Made by a program: the position numbers and the translations under genes | Part shown: positions 48,006-58,557 of the stretch, one piece after another | How positions within the stretch are numbered: the first letter of the stretch is position 1 | Layout of the letters: every line of letters begins with the position of its first letter | Source of the DNA: Fibrobacterales bacterium | GTDB taxonomy: Bacteria > Fibrobacterota > Fibrobacteria > Fibrobacterales > CADBQJ01 | Length of the DNA: 58,557 nucleotides | NCBI GenBank assembly: GCA_017650365.1 | Contig: JAGCEZ010000056.1 | Span: forward strand, 1-58,557 | Direction: 5' to 3' | The notes under the pieces: generated by a model | The model's input: the letters and a program-made list of their open reading frames with translations, nothing else | Told to the model about the DNA's origin: nothing | Databases searched by the model: none

Positions 48006-49838
48006 TCAGATCGCCTGCGAGAGGTCGAAGCTGAAGCGGTTCCAGGCGAACGATTCGACGGCCGTCAGGTCCTTGAAGGTGCGCTTGAACGTGTAGTCGA
48101 GCCGGAGCGTGAGGAAGGGGAGCCGGTAGTGGATCCCGGCGCCCACCGCCATCTGCTCGTCGGCCTCGTAGACGTCGTTCTGGCGGTCCTGGACGCGCGC
48201 CCAGTCCACGAACTGCACCAGCTGGAAGTTGTGCAGGACGGGGATCTTGGGCAGATTGAGGCGGAATTCGTTCGAGACCCGCAGGTAGCGCGGCGCCAGC
48301 CCGGGCTTCACCACGTCCCCGCCGTCCTCGGCCGCGCCCTCGAGCGTCTGCCGCGGGTAGACGGAGCGCTCCGCGTAGCCGCGCACCGAGCGGAAGCCGC
48401 CCTGGTAGAAGACCTTGGCGTCGTCGCGGTCGCCCTCGTCGAAGAAGAGGCCGCCGTCGATGGCGAAGGCCCAGAAGATGCCGCGGCTCAGCGGCACGTA
48501 GCTGCGCGTCTCCAGCCCGAGCGAGGTGAAGCGGTTGTCCACGCGGCCGCCGTTGGTGAGCGTGAGGCGCGCGCGGAAGCCGCTCGTGGGGTCGAAGGCG
48601 TCGTTGACGACCGCGAGGTCGAGGATCGGCTGGACGGCGAGCTTGGTGTAGGCGGTCCGCTCGAGCGAGTCGCGCTCGTCGTCGTGGCCCGCGTAGAGGA
48701 TGGTGTGCCGCACGTCGCCGGCGAGGATCCCCTTGAGGTGCGAGGTCAGCTGCTTGGTCAGCCAGCTCCGGTTGCGCACTTCGTAGCGCACTTCCAGCGA
48801 GTCGTCGAATCCGGGGATCGGGAGGCCGTCTTCCTGGTTGTAGTAGATCTTGTCGTCGAACCGCAGGTCGGTGCCGAGGAAGAGCGGGTGCCCGTAGCCG
48901 AGCGCGAAGCGCTGGCGGTGCTGGGAGACGAGGGCGCCCATGCTCCCTTCGTGGAACCGCCCGAAGAAGTTCCGGTACTTCAGCCCCGTCTCGACGCCGG
49001 CGCCCAGGTACCAGGGGTCGAGGAAGACGCGGTTCGTCCAGACGCCCGGCTGCTTCTCCACGACGGCCATCTTCAGGTCGCTGTTCCCGTCGGCGCGCAG
49101 CGAGTCCCGGATCTGGACCGAGCGGAAGAGCCCGGTGCCGAGCAGCCTCCTGCGGTACGACGTCAGCCTCTTCCCGGAGACCGGCTCGCCCTCGGTCGTC
49201 TTCCAGAGGGAGCGCAGGTATTCCGGGTCGCTCAGCCCCTTCCTCCCGGCGTCGCCGACGCGCTTCGCCTCCGCGGAGAGCGTCCCCATGCGCACGCGCG
49301 CGCCCGCCTCGAACCGGAAGACGATGTCCACGCGGCGCTCCAGCGTGTCGGGGACGGGGGTCGTCGAGCCGCGGACGTGGAGGAAGCCCTTGTCGCGGTA
49401 GAACGCGGCGAAGTTCTCGAGCTCCTCGTCCAGGAGGTCCTCCTCGGCCGGGTCGCCGGGGCGGATGGTCCGGCGGGGGAGCTCCTCGAGGATCTCCGGG
49501 TCGTCGGACTCGAACCGGAAGTCGCCGTAGGACCAGAGCGGGCCTTCGTCGATCCGGCAGATCCAGCGCGCGGCCTGCGCGGTGTCGGGCCGGCATCCGA
49601 CCGTCGCGCCGAAGTAGCCCTCAGAGCGGTAGAGGAGCAGGACGTTGTCGCTCCCGCTTTCGACGAAGTAGCTCTGGCGCTGGGGCGGCAGCTCGGCGAA
49701 GCCGTCGGGGAGCGCCATCTGCGCGGCGAGCTCGCTGCGCGAGAAGACCTCGTTCCCCTCGAACTTCACCGCGGCGGCGGAGAGCTGCGCGGCGAGCAGG
49801 AGAAGCGCCGGAAGCGCGCGGAGGAGGCGTCCCGTCAT
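48006..49838 (-). CDS. tamA: Omp85 family TamA/BamA-like outer membrane protein
   Basis: POTRA repeats (FEGNEVFS, YRSEGY, FYRDKGF), barrel motif FYQGGFRSVRGY; start overlaps the tamB stop. Confidence 0.8.
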   Translation of the reverse strand: MTGRLLRALPALLLLAAQLSAAAVKFEGNEVFSRSELAAQMALPDGFAELPPQRQSYFVESGSDNVLLLYRSEGYFGATVGCRPDTAQAARWICRIDEGPLWSYGDFRFESDDPEILEELPRRTIRPGDPAEEDLLDEELENFAAFYRDKGFLHVRGSTTPVPDTLERRVDIVFRFEAGARVRMGTLSAEAKRVGDAGRKGLSDPEYLRSLWKTTEGEPVSGKRLTSYRRRLLGTGLFRSVQIRDSLRADGNSDLKMAVVEKQPGVWTNRVFLDPWYLGAGVETGLKYRNFFGRFHEGSMGALVSQHRQRFALGYGHPLFLGTDLRFDDKIYYNQEDGLPIPGFDDSLEVRYEVRNRSWLTKQLTSHLKGILAGDVRHTILYAGHDDERDSLERTAYTKLAVQPILDLAVVNDAFDPTSGFRARLTLTNGGRVDNRFTSLGLETRSYVPLSRGIFWAFAIDGGLFFDEGDRDDAKVFYQGGFRSVRGYAERSVYPRQTLEGAAEDGGDVVKPGLAPRYLRVSNEFRLNLPKIPVLHNFQLVQFVDWARVQDRQNDVYEADEQMAVGAGIHYRLPFLTLRLDYTFKRTFKDLTAVESFAWNRFSFDLSQAI

Positions 49839-52800
49839 TCGGCGGCCCCTCCCTCTTCCGTCTCCGCGCGGCGGCTCCAGCCGCGCGACCTGTCGCGGCA
49901 CCGCCCGAAGAGGCAGTCGCCCCAGAACCCGACCGAGTGCGAGACGCCCGTGCTGAACTCCAGCTGGTTGTCCGAGCCGTTCTCCGCCTCGGAGAGGAAG
50001 GTGCGGATCTGCGCGCCCATGTCGAACGACCAGCGGCCCTGCCAGTAGTCGGTCGTGTCGGTCCCGTTGTGGAAGAACCACTGGATCGCGGCCCGCGTGA
50101 TGTCGTTGTAGGTCGCCTCGCTCCCGGTGGCCTTGGTGTAGCTGATGCTGAGGATGAGCGTGGAGTCGACGATGTTGAAGGGGAGCTCGCCCGAGAACGA
50201 GGCGCTGTCGGCGTCGCCGAAGGAGGAGCTCTCGCCGTGCGCGAGCGCGTTCTGCGCCCCCTTGGCCAGCGAGATCTTCGGGCTCCCGAGGAGGTTCGCG
50301 CCGATGGCCTTGTTCAGCGAGCGCGTGGCGTCGCGCCCCGCGGACTCGATCGCGCTCTCCGCGAGCTGCAGGCCGCTGGCCGTCAGGTTGTTCTGGTCGC
50401 CGTCGTCCATCACGCATCCGAACTGCAGGCTCTGCACCGCGTTGCGCGAGGGCAGCTGGCGCGAGCACCCCTCCGCCTCGGCGGTCAGGCCCAGCTTCTC
50501 GATCGTCCCGCCGACGCGCAGCGCGACGTCGCACCGCTCGTCCTCCTCCTCGCGGGTGGCGTTGCAGATCGGGAGCTCGCGCGAGGCGCGGATCTCGATC
50601 GAGCCCTTGGAGAGCGGCTGCGAGAACCACTCCACCTGCGCCGAGGGGATCTCGTAGCGGTCGCTCTGCAGCTCCAGCCAGCCGTTGTCCGCCGCGCGGA
50701 CGTCGCCCTCGAGCAGCGGGTTCTGCGTGGTCCCGTGCACCTGGAGCGAGACGGACAGCGGCAGGAGGAAGACGTTGGTCTTCGCCCAGAGCGCGTCCTT
50801 CCCCGAGTCGTTCAGCCGGAAGTCCAGGTCGATCGCCTCGGACCGCGTCGGCCGGCGGGCCGCGACGGCGCCGGAGGCGTCCCCGCCGCCGCGCTTCCGG
50901 TGCTGGAAGAGCTTCGGGATCATCTGCATCAGCGACCAGATGGAGAGCTCGGGCACGTCCATCTTCTCGAAGAGCAGCGAGTCGAGCGTCGCCGAGCCCT
51001 CGAGGCGCGCGCGCCGCCCCCCTTCGGCGAACGAGTAGCGCAGGTCCGCCCCGGCCACGGCCGCGGAGAGCCGTCCGTACTTCCCGAGCCTCCGCTCGTA
51101 GCGCACGCCGGGGGCGCGCACGGCCGCGCGCCTTCCCTCGAGCGTCCCGCGCGCCCCGAGGAGCGTGACGGTCTCGTCCTCCGAGAGCGCCGCGGAGAAG
51201 CGCTCGGTCCCGAACTCGAACCGGCGCAGCGCGTTCTCCGCGAGGTCCGCCTCCGCGTCGAGCTCGACGCGCTCCCCGAGGTCGTTGCGGAGCTCCGCGT
51301 GCGCGGCGGCGACGCCGTCCGCCACCTGGAGCTCGGTTCGCAGCGGGAGCCGGATGCCCGCGAACGCGAGGTCGCCGCCGCTCTGGCTGGCGTTCGCGCG
51401 GAGCGACGCGAAGCCCCCCCGGAAGCTGTAGGAGAGCGAGCCGTTCAGCTCGCTTCCGGCGAGGGAGACCGAGCCGTCGGGCAGGCTCCAGTCGCCGTCC
51501 GCGCGGAAGTCCCCGGCGAGGTCCAGCGTCGGGCCGAGCGAGGCCGTCGCCCGGACGCGGCCCTGCGACGAGGCGCGGTAGTCGAGCGAGAAGAGGCGCG
51601 TCTCCCCGAAGAGGCTCTCCGCGGAGAAGAGGAGCTCGCCCTCGATCTCCTCGTTCGCGACCGGGCGCACGAGCCCGGAGATCCGGACCGCCTCGCCCTT
51701 CGCGTCCATCGCCAGGCGCGGCGACGAGACCAGCTCCCGCCCGCCGCTCCGCAGGCGGAGCGAGTCGGCGCGGATCCCGCCGTCGATCTCGAGCTTCGCG
51801 TTGAAGTGCAGCGACCCGGAGAGCTCGCCCGAGAGGTCGATCCCCTTCAGCCAGGGGAGGCTGACCTGGCTCAGCTGCAGCCCGTCGGTCCGGACCGAGG
51901 CCTCCTGCAGCCCGCCGAGCGCCCGCTCCTCCTCGTCGAAGACGAAGAGCGCCTGCCCGTGGACCGTGTTCACCCCCTGGCGCACCGAGACGGAGTCGAG
52001 CCAGATCGAGTCCCTGCTGTTGACGAACCGGAGCCGTCCCGCGTAGACGTCGGAGGAGGCGCCCAGCGTCGCCGCCACCTGGACGACGCCGTCGCTGATC
52101 CCGCTCCGCATGTCGCGCTCCACCTTGCCGTTCACCGTGCCGGGCAGCGAGTGGATCGTCTCCTCCTTCACGCCCAGCGGCAGTTCGCGGATCGGGATCT
52201 CCTTCAGCGAGAGCGTCAGCTTCTCGAAGATCGGCCCCTCCACGCGCGCCACGCCGCCCGAGGGAAGGTCGACGCGGAACATCAGCGTCTCCTCGTCGCC
52301 GAACGGGACCACCTCGCCGCGGATCGGGTAGTCGAGCCCGTCGTGCACCAGCTTCGCGTCCCAGAAGACCAGCCCCTTTTTGTCGATCTTCAGGCGCGTC
52401 AGCAGCGACTCCGCCGCGAACCCGTAGGCGGTCACGCCGGCCAGCCGGACGTCCATGTCCACCATGCCGGCGCCGAACTCCCCGTAGGTGATCCCCCGCT
52501 CGTAGTGGGTGTTCCTGTTCGTCCAGGTGTCGGCCCAGGGCTCGTCGGGCGACATGTGCATCGTGAAGGTCCCGCGCATCGGCCTCGCGGAGTCGGCGAG
52601 ATGGTCGATCTTCGCCTCCACGCGCGTCCCCTCCTTCGTCACGACGGTCGCGGCGAGCCTTTTCCCGTCCCATTCCGCGGACGGCACCGTGAAGTCGATC
52701 GGGAGCTTGAACATGTGGACGATGTCGATGTCCATCCCGTGGACGCCGCCCTGCGCGGAGATTTCGCCCGAGGCGGTCCGCCTCCCCTTGAACGAGACGC

Positions 52801-53782
52801 GCTCCGCGCGCGGCCCCTTCGCCTCGATCTGCGCGTCGACCGACTTCCCGAGCCCCGCGGCCTTCAGGCGCCAGAGCAGGGGCGGCAGCGGATAGAGCGT
52901 GTCGGTCCGGAAGACGACGTCGGTTTCGTAGCGGGGGAGGGGGGAGCCGACGAGCGCGGTCGCCTTCGCCTTCACGCGGATGTCGCGGGGCACGATCGGC
53001 GCGTCCTTCAGCGCCTCGGAGATCTTCTTCGGGTCGGCGATCGCCACGTCGGCCTCCGCGTCGTAGAGCCGGAGGTCCTCCACGGGCGCCCGGGCGTCCA
53101 GGCGGATCGTGTCGTTCGGGAGCGCGAGCGCGACGTGCGCGTCGAGCGAGTCCCCGGACCAGTCGGCCCGGAGGTCGACCGAGGCCGGGGCGTCGAGCCG
53201 CGGCGAGCGGAGTTCCGCGACCTTGAGCTCCGCGCTTTTCCCGGAGGGGTTGGAGAGGGAGATTCCCGCGGCCGAGATCTTCTCGCCGCCGAGGTCGGCT
53301 TCCAGAGAGTCGATTCCGACCGAGGCGGCGAGCGGCAGGGCCAGGTGCGCGGGCAGCGCGGGCACGCCGGGTTCCTTCTCCCCGCCGGCCGCGGGGGATC
53401 CGCCGTCCGGGGAGTCCCCGCCCGCGTCCGCTCCGTCCTCCGGCGGGGTTCCGGGGACCCGGACGACCTCGACCTTGCGGGCCTTGGCCTCCAGCGGGTG
53501 GTCGCCGAAGATCCCGTCCTCGAATCCGAGCAGGACCGCGGGCGAGACCATGGAGACGCGCACGCCGTCCTTCTCCACGACGAGGGTGTCGGCCTTGAAG
53601 TCCAGGGGCCAGGAGAAGCTCGCGCCCGAGGCGCTCCAGCGCACGCCCCCGACCTCGCCCCCGCGGTCGAGGAGGCGTTCGATGGCGTAGGGGACTGTCG
53701 CGAGCGCCGCGACGACCAGGACCAGCGCCCCTCCGAGGACGCAAGCCGCCAATCCCGCGGGCCCGATTCGCCTTGTGGGCAT
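49835..53782 (-). CDS. tamB: TamB/AsmA-like large periplasmic protein
   Basis: N-terminal TM anchor, long beta-rich body, LQVHGTTQNPLLEG near the C-terminus; coupled to the Omp85 gene. Confidence 0.65.
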   Translation of the reverse strand: MPTRRIGPAGLAACVLGGALVLVVAALATVPYAIERLLDRGGEVGGVRWSASGASFSWPLDFKADTLVVEKDGVRVSMVSPAVLLGFEDGIFGDHPLEAKARKVEVVRVPGTPPEDGADAGGDSPDGGSPAAGGEKEPGVPALPAHLALPLAASVGIDSLEADLGGEKISAAGISLSNPSGKSAELKVAELRSPRLDAPASVDLRADWSGDSLDAHVALALPNDTIRLDARAPVEDLRLYDAEADVAIADPKKISEALKDAPIVPRDIRVKAKATALVGSPLPRYETDVVFRTDTLYPLPPLLWRLKAAGLGKSVDAQIEAKGPRAERVSFKGRRTASGEISAQGGVHGMDIDIVHMFKLPIDFTVPSAEWDGKRLAATVVTKEGTRVEAKIDHLADSARPMRGTFTMHMSPDEPWADTWTNRNTHYERGITYGEFGAGMVDMDVRLAGVTAYGFAAESLLTRLKIDKKGLVFWDAKLVHDGLDYPIRGEVVPFGDEETLMFRVDLPSGGVARVEGPIFEKLTLSLKEIPIRELPLGVKEETIHSLPGTVNGKVERDMRSGISDGVVQVAATLGASSDVYAGRLRFVNSRDSIWLDSVSVRQGVNTVHGQALFVFDEEERALGGLQEASVRTDGLQLSQVSLPWLKGIDLSGELSGSLHFNAKLEIDGGIRADSLRLRSGGRELVSSPRLAMDAKGEAVRISGLVRPVANEEIEGELLFSAESLFGETRLFSLDYRASSQGRVRATASLGPTLDLAGDFRADGDWSLPDGSVSLAGSELNGSLSYSFRGGFASLRANASQSGGDLAFAGIRLPLRTELQVADGVAAAHAELRNDLGERVELDAEADLAENALRRFEFGTERFSAALSEDETVTLLGARGTLEGRRAAVRAPGVRYERRLGKYGRLSAAVAGADLRYSFAEGGRRARLEGSATLDSLLFEKMDVPELSIWSLMQMIPKLFQHRKRGGGDASGAVAARRPTRSEAIDLDFRLNDSGKDALWAKTNVFLLPLSVSLQVHGTTQNPLLEGDVRAADNGWLELQSDRYEIPSAQVEWFSQPLSKGSIEIRASRELPICNATREEEDERCDVALRVGGTIEKLGLTAEAEGCSRQLPSRNAVQSLQFGCVMDDGDQNNLTASGLQLAESAIESAGRDATRSLNKAIGANLLGSPKISLAKGAQNALAHGESSSFGDADSASFSGELPFNIVDSTLILSISYTKATGSEATYNDITRAAIQWFFHNGTDTTDYWQGRWSFDMGAQIRTFLSEAENGSDNQLEFSTGVSHSVGFWGDCLFGRCRDRSRGWSRRAETEEGGAAE

Positions 53783-53879
53783 CTTCTGGTTCAACCACTA
53801 TAAATATAGGTGGCGGAATCGGGGGGACGGACGGCGCTTTTGTATTTTTCCGTCCGTTTCCAACGTTTCCGGGAATCCC

Positions 53880-55865
53880 ATGAAGAAGCCCCTTCTCCTC
53901 GTCTCCCTCGCGCTTTCCGCCGCGCTCCTCCTCTCCTCCTGCGGCGACTCCTCCGACCCCGTCGTCGCCCGGATCGGCTCGCAGAACTTCCGCCTGAGCC
54001 AGGCGGAGAGCCGGATCGCCAAGCTCGCCGAAGCCCGCCGGACCGCGCTCGAGGACACCGTCGCCCGCCGCGCGTTCATCCGCGAGATGGTGGAGACGCG
54101 CGCGCTCGCCATGGCCGCCAAGCGCCATTTCGCCGAAGACCGCAAGGCCGGCGCCGAACGCGAGGCGGCGCTCGCCTCGCGCGAACTCTGCCGCTACGCC
54201 CAGCAGGTCAACGTCTACCGCCGCATCGGCCACACCCCGCGCGAGCTGGCGCAGTGGTTCGCGGCCAACCGCGCCAAGCTCGGCGCCGACGCCGAAAAGC
54301 CGTTCGAGGAGATCGAACAGAAGGTCGCCGAGGCGATGGAGCTCGACACCGTCGATCTCGCGGCCTGGTACGCCGCCAACGGCGGGCGCTGGCACCGCCC
54401 CGGCCGCCGCGAAGTGAGCGCGATCGAGTGCTCGAAGGAGCGGATGGAGAAGGTCCTGGCGGCGCTCAAGCGCGGCGAATCCTTCGAATCGGCCGCGAAG
54501 AAGTTCTCCGAGCACTCCACCGCCGCGCAGGGCGGCTACTGGGGCTGGATCGGCGACGACGAGCGCCACCCCGTCCTGGCGGAGTACCCGGGAATCGCCG
54601 AGTTCCTGCGCAAGTCCGGCGCCTCCGCCGGCGACGTCAGCGAAGTGTTCGAAGGCAGCCCCGAAATCGCCCCGGGCAAGTTCCTCGTGATGAAGTTCAA
54701 TTCGATCGAGCGCGGCCACCGCCCCGCGCTGGACGAGGTCCGCGGCGAGGTGGAGAAGCAGTTCCTCCTCGGGAGACGCCACGACGCGTTCGTCCGCATG
54801 ACCGAAGAGCTCCGCAAGGCCGCGAAGGTCGAGGTCGCCGAGCGCGACCCCTCCGCCGCCGTGGGGCCGGACGAGGTCCTCGCGACCAGGGCCGGACGCC
54901 CCTACGTCAAGGGCGCCGAGCTCCTCGAGAAGTTCCCGAAGGCGAACCCGAAGGAGGGGCTCGAGATCCTCCTCCAGTGGAAGCTCTGGGAGAAGCTGGG
55001 CCTCGACCAGGGGCTCGACTCCGACCCCGAGTACCTCGAGACCGTCGCCGTCCGCCGCGACAACCTCTGGGTGGCGCGCTACGTCCGCGAGGTGATGGAG
55101 AAGGGCTTCGGGCTGACCGAGGCGCAGATCGACTCCGTCGCCGCGTCGAACCCGGTCGCCTTCGCCGGCTTCCCCGAAGCCGCCCGGCCCTCCGTCGCCG
55201 CGATCCTCGTCTTCGGCAACCCCGAGGAGCTGGAGTTCCAGCGCCTCTCGCATCCCGAGGTCTTCGGAACCGACAGCGCGAAGACCTACGCGGAGCAGCT
55301 GAACATGCTCGTGGCCGCCGCCGAGCCCGCGTCGGTCGAAGCCATCCGGATCCGCCACGTGGACTCCCTGGCGCGCGAGGTCGGCGTGGTCTGGATCGAC
55401 TCCCTCTGGAGCTCGCCCTCGCCCCGCAGCGAACGGGCCGCCGTGGACCGCGCCGTCGAGCTGATCGCGTCGCACCGCCCGGCCGAGGCCGTGGAGTGGA
55501 CCGCCCGCGCTCTCCGGCTGAAGCTGGTCGCCGCGAACCCCTCCCTCCGCGACAGCCTGACCTACCTCGCCGGCCGCGCCCTGATGGACGCCGCCCGCCC
55601 GCAGGAGGCCGTCGGGGCCTTCACCCGCTACCTCCTCCTCTACCCCAAGGCCGCCGAGCGCTGCAAGGCCCTCTTCATGCGGGGCTTCCTGCAGGACAAC
55701 AACCTCCACGAAGAGCAGGCCGCGCTCTCCTCCTTCGAGACCCTGGCCGCCGACTGCCCCGATTCCGAGCTCCTGGACGACGCGAAGTTCATGATCGAGG
55801 ACATCAAGTGCGGGCGCTGCAAAACGGCCGCTTTGGCCCAAAACGCGGAAAAAACGGCGGAGTAG
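53880..55865 (+). CDS. Parvulin-type PPIase lipoprotein with C-terminal TPR
   Basis: Lipobox LSSC; GESFESAAKKFSE..TAAQGGYWGW rotamase signature; terminal TPR ALFMRGF. Confidence 0.72.
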   Translation: MKKPLLLVSLALSAALLLSSCGDSSDPVVARIGSQNFRLSQAESRIAKLAEARRTALEDTVARRAFIREMVETRALAMAAKRHFAEDRKAGAEREAALASRELCRYAQQVNVYRRIGHTPRELAQWFAANRAKLGADAEKPFEEIEQKVAEAMELDTVDLAAWYAANGGRWHRPGRREVSAIECSKERMEKVLAALKRGESFESAAKKFSEHSTAAQGGYWGWIGDDERHPVLAEYPGIAEFLRKSGASAGDVSEVFEGSPEIAPGKFLVMKFNSIERGHRPALDEVRGEVEKQFLLGRRHDAFVRMTEELRKAAKVEVAERDPSAAVGPDEVLATRAGRPYVKGAELLEKFPKANPKEGLEILLQWKLWEKLGLDQGLDSDPEYLETVAVRRDNLWVARYVREVMEKGFGLTEAQIDSVAASNPVAFAGFPEAARPSVAAILVFGNPEELEFQRLSHPEVFGTDSAKTYAEQLNMLVAAAEPASVEAIRIRHVDSLAREVGVVWIDSLWSSPSPRSERAAVDRAVELIASHRPAEAVEWTARALRLKLVAANPSLRDSLTYLAGRALMDAARPQEAVGAFTRYLLLYPKAAERCKALFMRGFLQDNNLHEEQAALSSFETLAADCPDSELLDDAKFMIEDIKCGRCKTAALAQNAEKTAE

Positions 55866-55934
55866 CCCCTCCGGAGGGCGGAGGGAAAGCCATTTTTTCC
55901 TAAATTGAAGCCACTTCCCCAAGAGGAAAACGAG

Positions 55935-56381
<447 letters not shown>

Positions 56382-56414
56382 AAGAGTTCCAGTCAACAAC
56401 ACAGAGGATCGCAC

Positions 56415-57121
56415 ATGTCCTGGATCTGCAAATACGTCAACTCCTCCATCGGCAAGAAGCAGCTGATGGCGGTCTCCGGCGGGTGCCTGCTGGGCTTCCT
56501 GCTCGTGCACACCGTCGGCAACGCCTCCCTGCTGATTCCCGACGAAGCCGCCCGCCACGAAGCGTTCATGACGGTCGCGAACACCTACGCCAGCATGAAG
56601 TTCCTGCTCTACATCGCGGAAGCCGGGCTGGTCGTCCTGTTCGCGACGCACATCTTCAACGCGATCCGCACCAAGCTCGAGAACGTGAAGGCCCGCGGGA
56701 ACGTCGCCTACGACGTGAAGGTCAAGGTCGGCGACCGCAGCCTCCCCTCGTTCACGATGGTGATCTCCGGCGTCTACCTGCTCGTCTGGCTGATTTCGCA
56801 CATCTGCACGATCAAGCTCGGCCTGAAGCTCTTCCCCGAGGTGATCAGCGAGGGGGTCGGCCGCTCCGTCGAGAACATCGACCTCTACGACGTCTACGTC
56901 TACTGGATGTCGCAGTGGTGGTACGCGCTCACCATGATCGTCGCCATGGTCCTGGTCGGGTTCCACCTCTGGCACGGCGCCGGCAGCCTCTTCCAGACGC
57001 TCGGCATCCGCCATCCCAAGTACACTCCGATCCTCGAAGTGTGCGCCAAGGCCTACGCCCTCTTCGTCAGCGTCGCCACCACGGCGATCTGCGTCACCGT
57101 CTTCATCCGCGGGGTCATCCG

Positions 57122-57125
<4 letters not shown>
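56415..57125 (+). CDS. sdhC: Succinate dehydrogenase/fumarate reductase cytochrome b558 subunit
   Basis: [13 protein letters not shown], heme His in VHTVGN, THI, SHI and [13 protein letters not shown]. Confidence 0.9.

Positions 57126-58557
<1,432 letters not shown>

Overview
This is a GC-rich bacterial chromosomal window, densely coding and mostly housekeeping. A Fibrobacterota-like origin is inferred from a poly-Ser lipoprotein esterase, b558-type sdhC and the promoter style. Gene order: candidate ZMP/ZTP riboswitch-glyA; XPB-like helicase; exported M16 peptidase pair; trmH; nadC-coaX; a ~9 kb accessory block at 10.4-19.4 kb; TonB-dependent-receptor-like OMP; serS-mlaE-murJ-LpoA-like; tonB/GHL10-like; yfgM-uvrB; an AT-rich DnaA-box region before a divergent dnaA; tolQRAB-pal-cpoB; argCB; glmM; rpmB; DEDDh exonuclease; tRNA-Cys; tamB-tamA; PPIase; ndk; sdhC-sdhA (partial). 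The accessory block holds a LysR-linked operon of signal-peptide-bearing redox/hydrolase proteins with a 4-His DUF4405-like membrane protein, an Fe-S flavoprotein, an esterase, a truncated esterase and a 7-bp repeat. The most notable observations are the apparently exported redox module, the DnaA with a degenerate arginine-finger region and no adjacent dnaN, and a recurrent TAnnTTTG-like promoter element 4-8 nt upstream of start codons, which implies leaderless mRNAs. I saw no CRISPR array, rRNA, integrase or transposase. All calls come from reading motifs by eye; no database searches were run.
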